Source: Verrucomicrobiales bacterium (GTDB lineage Bacteria; Verrucomicrobiota; Verrucomicrobiia; Verrucomicrobiales; SLCJ01). From it: a stretch of 18,966 nucleotides of DNA. The translations under genes were made by a program, and so were the position numbers. The notes under the pieces are model-generated. The model did not search any database, was not told where the DNA came from, and was given only the letters and a program-made list of their open reading frames with translations. The DNA lies in the NCBI GenBank assembly GCA_046075565.1, contig JBJTQJ010000028.1, positions 1 to 18,966 of the forward strand, read 5' to 3'. How positions within the stretch are numbered: position 1 is the stretch's first letter; every line of letters starts with the position of its first letter. Positions 16,599-18,966 of this stretch are shown here, piece by piece.

Positions 16599-17870
16599 TC
16601 AAACCAGCGTCTCCGCCCCGAAAAACGGCTGCAGAGCACCCGGGATTCGCACCGAGCCGTCCTCCTGCTGGTAGGTCTCCAGCAGGGCGACGTAAAGCCG
16701 GGCAAGTGCCGTGCCGGAGCCGTTCAGGGTGTGGCAGGTGGTATTTTTGCCGGACTCGTCCTTGAATCGCAGGTTCATACGGCGGGCTTGGTAGTCGCCG
16801 AAATTCGAGCAACTCGAAACCTCGAGGAACCGATCCTGCCCCGGAGCCCAGACCTCGATGTCATAGGTCTTGCAAGCGCTGAATCCGATGTCTCCGGTGC
16901 AGAGCTCGATCACCCGGTAGTGCAGCCCCAACAACTGGAGCACCTTTTCCGCGTGCCCTGTCAGGACCTCCAGCGAAGCCATCGAATCCTCAGGGCGCGT
17001 CACCCAGACCAACTCGACCTTGTCGAACTGGTGCATGCGGATCATCCCCCGGGTGTCGCGTCCGGCCGAACCGGCCTCGCGGCGGAAACACGGCGTGTAG
17101 GCGGCGTAGCGGATGGGCAGGCCTTCCGCCTTGAGCAGATTGTCCCGTTCCAGGTTGGTCACCGGCACCTCCGCCGTGGGGACGAGGAAAAGCTCCTGGT
17201 TTTCCGTGCCGTAAAGGTCTTCCTCGAACTTCGGAAGCTGCCCCGTCCCGGTCATGCTGGCGCGGTTGACAAGAAATGGCACGCCGACCTCGGTGTAGCC
17301 ATGCTCGCGGGTGTGCAGGTCTAGCAGAAAATTGATCAACGCCCGCTCCAGACGGGCTCCCGCGCCACGATAGACCACGAACCCGCTGCCGCTGATTTTC
17401 GCCGCATTGTCAAAGTCGAGCCATCCCCGCTCCGTGCCAAGGGTCACATGGTCCTTGGGGGCGAAAGCGAGCACGGGCTTCTCACCCCAGACACGGACCT
17501 CGGGGTTGGCATCGGCATCAAAACCCACCGGGCAAGCCTCGTGCGGGACATTCGGGACACTCAATAGAAGCTCGCGCTGCCGGGCGTCGGCCGCGTCGGC
17601 CTCGGTGCCGACCTCCTCCAGTCGGGTGGCGATGCCTTTCACCTCGTCCATGATGGCCGTGGCGTCCTGGCCCTGGGATTTAAGTTTCCCGACCTCCTTG
17701 CTCAGGGAATTGCGGCGGGATTGCAGTTGTTGGCGTTCGGTCTCGCAGCGGCGGCGGGTCTCGTCGCAGGCTACGACCTCATCGATCAATTTCCAGACGT
17801 CGCCGCCGCGGTTGCGGAGGCGGTCTTTGATGGTTTCCGGATTTTCGCGAAGAGCGCGGATATCGAGCAT
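16599..17870 (-). CDS. serS: Serine--tRNA ligase
   Basis: [13 protein letters not shown]-terminal coiled arm, [66 protein letters not shown] and HTLNGSG. Confidence 0.99.
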   Translation of the reverse strand: MLDIRALRENPETIKDRLRNRGGDVWKLIDEVVACDETRRRCETERQQLQSRRNSLSKEVGKLKSQGQDATAIMDEVKGIATRLEEVGTEADAADARQRELLLSVPNVPHEACPVGFDADANPEVRVWGEKPVLAFAPKDHVTLGTERGWLDFDNAAKISGSGFVVYRGAGARLERALINFLLDLHTREHGYTEVGVPFLVNRASMTGTGQLPKFEEDLYGTENQELFLVPTAEVPVTNLERDNLLKAEGLPIRYAAYTPCFRREAGSAGRDTRGMIRMHQFDKVELVWVTRPEDSMASLEVLTGHAEKVLQLLGLHYRVIELCTGDIGFSACKTYDIEVWAPGQDRFLEVSSCSNFGDYQARRMNLRFKDESGKNTTCHTLNGSGTALARLYVALLETYQQEDGSVRIPGALQPFFGAETLV

Positions 17871-17876
17871 GGCCGG

Positions 17877-17904
17877 AACTTAGCAAGCACCGCCCCCGCC
17901 GCAA
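17877..17904 (-). promoter_or_regulatory. Putative serS promoter positioned for a leaderless transcript
   Basis: TTGCGG (17904-17899), 16 bp spacer, TGC-TAAGTT (-10 at 17882-17877), 6 nt, then ATG at 17870. There is no SD. Confidence 0.6.
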
Positions 17905-17975
17905 GAAGGAGAAAAGGGCGCTGCCAAGGAGCGTTTCCAGCTTGACTTTCAGCGCCGTTGGGATTGGTTGACGGC

Positions 17976-18533
17976 ATGAAGCACCGTTTCTTTTCCGTGT
18001 TGTTGGCGGCTGTGGCCGCTTCCCTGCCCAACCTTCAGGCTCAGGAAGCAGCTCCGGTGAAACAGGACGTCCAGGTTACCGCCGAGGTGGAGAATGTCTC
18101 GCGCGATAACAGAGGAGACTCGCACACGGAAACCAAACGCCTGAAAATCACCCTGCACAATCGCAGCAAAGAACCGGTGACCGGAAGTATGAATTGGAAA
18201 CTGCTCGGCCGGGATGTTCAGTCACGCGATCTGAAAGCCGTTGGGGGTGACGTCGCGAAGGTGAATCTGGCCGGGGGCGAAACCAAGGTCATCGAAGGAG
18301 TGCCCGTTGCCTTTATCCAAAAGGAAGGCAAAACCACCAAGAAATCGGGCAAAAAGGGCGGCTCGAAAACCGCCCCCGACACCGGCGTCGATTACAAAGG
18401 ATACTTCGTGGAAGTCTACGATGCGAAAGATGAACTGATTGGCGGGGCCTACTCGCCGGGCATGAAAGATGAGGCGCGCGACCTTTTCGTCCGTGCGGCC
18501 TCCAAGCCACCGGTCAAGAAGAAGAAGAAGTGA
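17976..18533 (+). CDS. Hypothetical secreted protein, beta-rich, with Lys-rich insert and tail
   Basis: Signal peptide MKHRFFSVLLAAVAASLPNLQA, alternating-pattern strands (KRLKITLHNRS, DYKGYFVEVYD) and C-terminal VKKKKK. Confidence 0.8.
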   Translation: MKHRFFSVLLAAVAASLPNLQAQEAAPVKQDVQVTAEVENVSRDNRGDSHTETKRLKITLHNRSKEPVTGSMNWKLLGRDVQSRDLKAVGGDVAKVNLAGGETKVIEGVPVAFIQKEGKTTKKSGKKGGSKTAPDTGVDYKGYFVEVYDAKDELIGGAYSPGMKDEARDLFVRAASKPPVKKKKK

Positions 18534-18549
18534 TTCCGTTAGGGAATCA
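18531..18549. terminator. Short hairpin between convergent genes; possible weak terminator
   Basis: TGATTCC-GTTAG-GGAATCA, a 7-bp stem with no U-tract. Confidence 0.25.
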
Positions 18550-18564
18550 GGCCGGGATTCTTCC

Positions 18565-18966
18565 CTATCCCGAAGGGACGGTGTGCGCTTCTCCCTGTGA
18601 TGCTCTGGCAGCGAGGATTTGCGCTGCCCACTCTTTATTCTTGTTAACGACGAATCTCTCCCGGCTACCCGAAACCAGGTGCACCAAGAGACCGTTGGGA
18701 ATCAAACCGAGTGACTTTATTGCCTCAACATGGGCAATTTCTGCCAGCGGTATTGCGCACTCGTGGTTCTGAAGATTGAATTTGTGGGACCTGAAGAAGA
18801 GTTGCCCGGAGGTAAGCCAAAGATATCCCCCCACCCCTTCAGCACCTTTGAAGTGATTTGCCGGTCCCTTATGGAGAATGGCCGCACCATGAAAATCAGG
18901 CGGGTCAATGGAAAACCGCTTGGCCTGGCGCGCCATAAACCACCGCATGCATACGGCGAAAAGCAC
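18565..18966 (-). CDS. Membrane-anchored GRAM/PH-like domain protein, 5' end beyond the window
   Basis: The frame is open from the window edge. A hydrophobic stretch is followed by GPANHFKGAEGVGGYLWLTSGQLFFRSHKFNLQNHECAIPLAEI...GLIPNGLLV...ERFVV, a pattern typical of bacterial GRAM-like proteins. Confidence 0.75.
   Translation of the reverse strand: MLFAVCMRWFMARQAKRFSIDPPDFHGAAILHKGPANHFKGAEGVGGYLWLTSGQLFFRSHKFNLQNHECAIPLAEIAHVEAIKSLGLIPNGLLVHLVSGSRERFVVNKNKEWAAQILAARASQGEAHTVPSG

Noticed and set aside
17942-17975. Promoter for the 17976 gene (TTGACT at 17942)
   Set aside because: No convincing -10 element lies at 16-18 bp spacing.

Overview
GC-rich bacterial chromosomal window, probably Verrucomicrobiota (inferred from the sulfatase-rich content and gene style). 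From left to right it holds: a 3'-truncated hypothetical gene with R/G/D-rich and acidic disordered arms (missed by the ORF track); a DUF4407-type membrane/coiled-coil gene; a ~11 kb sulfated-glycan catabolism island; rpsA; serS; a secreted hypothetical; and a partial GRAM/PH-like gene. The island's minus-strand operon runs IDS-like sulfatase, alpha/beta esterase, ARSA-like sulfatase, then a decayed tail. That tail is two sulfatases broken and joined out of frame by a deletion, plus a twice-frameshifted URO-D/MtaA-family methyltransferase. The island's plus-strand pair is a secreted FAD-dependent oxidoreductase and an in-frame sulfatase::L-rhamnose mutarotase fusion. The most notable observations are that fusion, an internally deleted four-helix-bundle cassette bracketed by inverted hexamer arrays, a second repeat-bounded structured element between serS and rpsA, an SD-less rpsA leader with crossing stems, and an apparently leaderless serS. 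No rRNA, tRNA, CRISPR array or transposase was recognised. Family calls come from motif recognition by eye, not from database searches.
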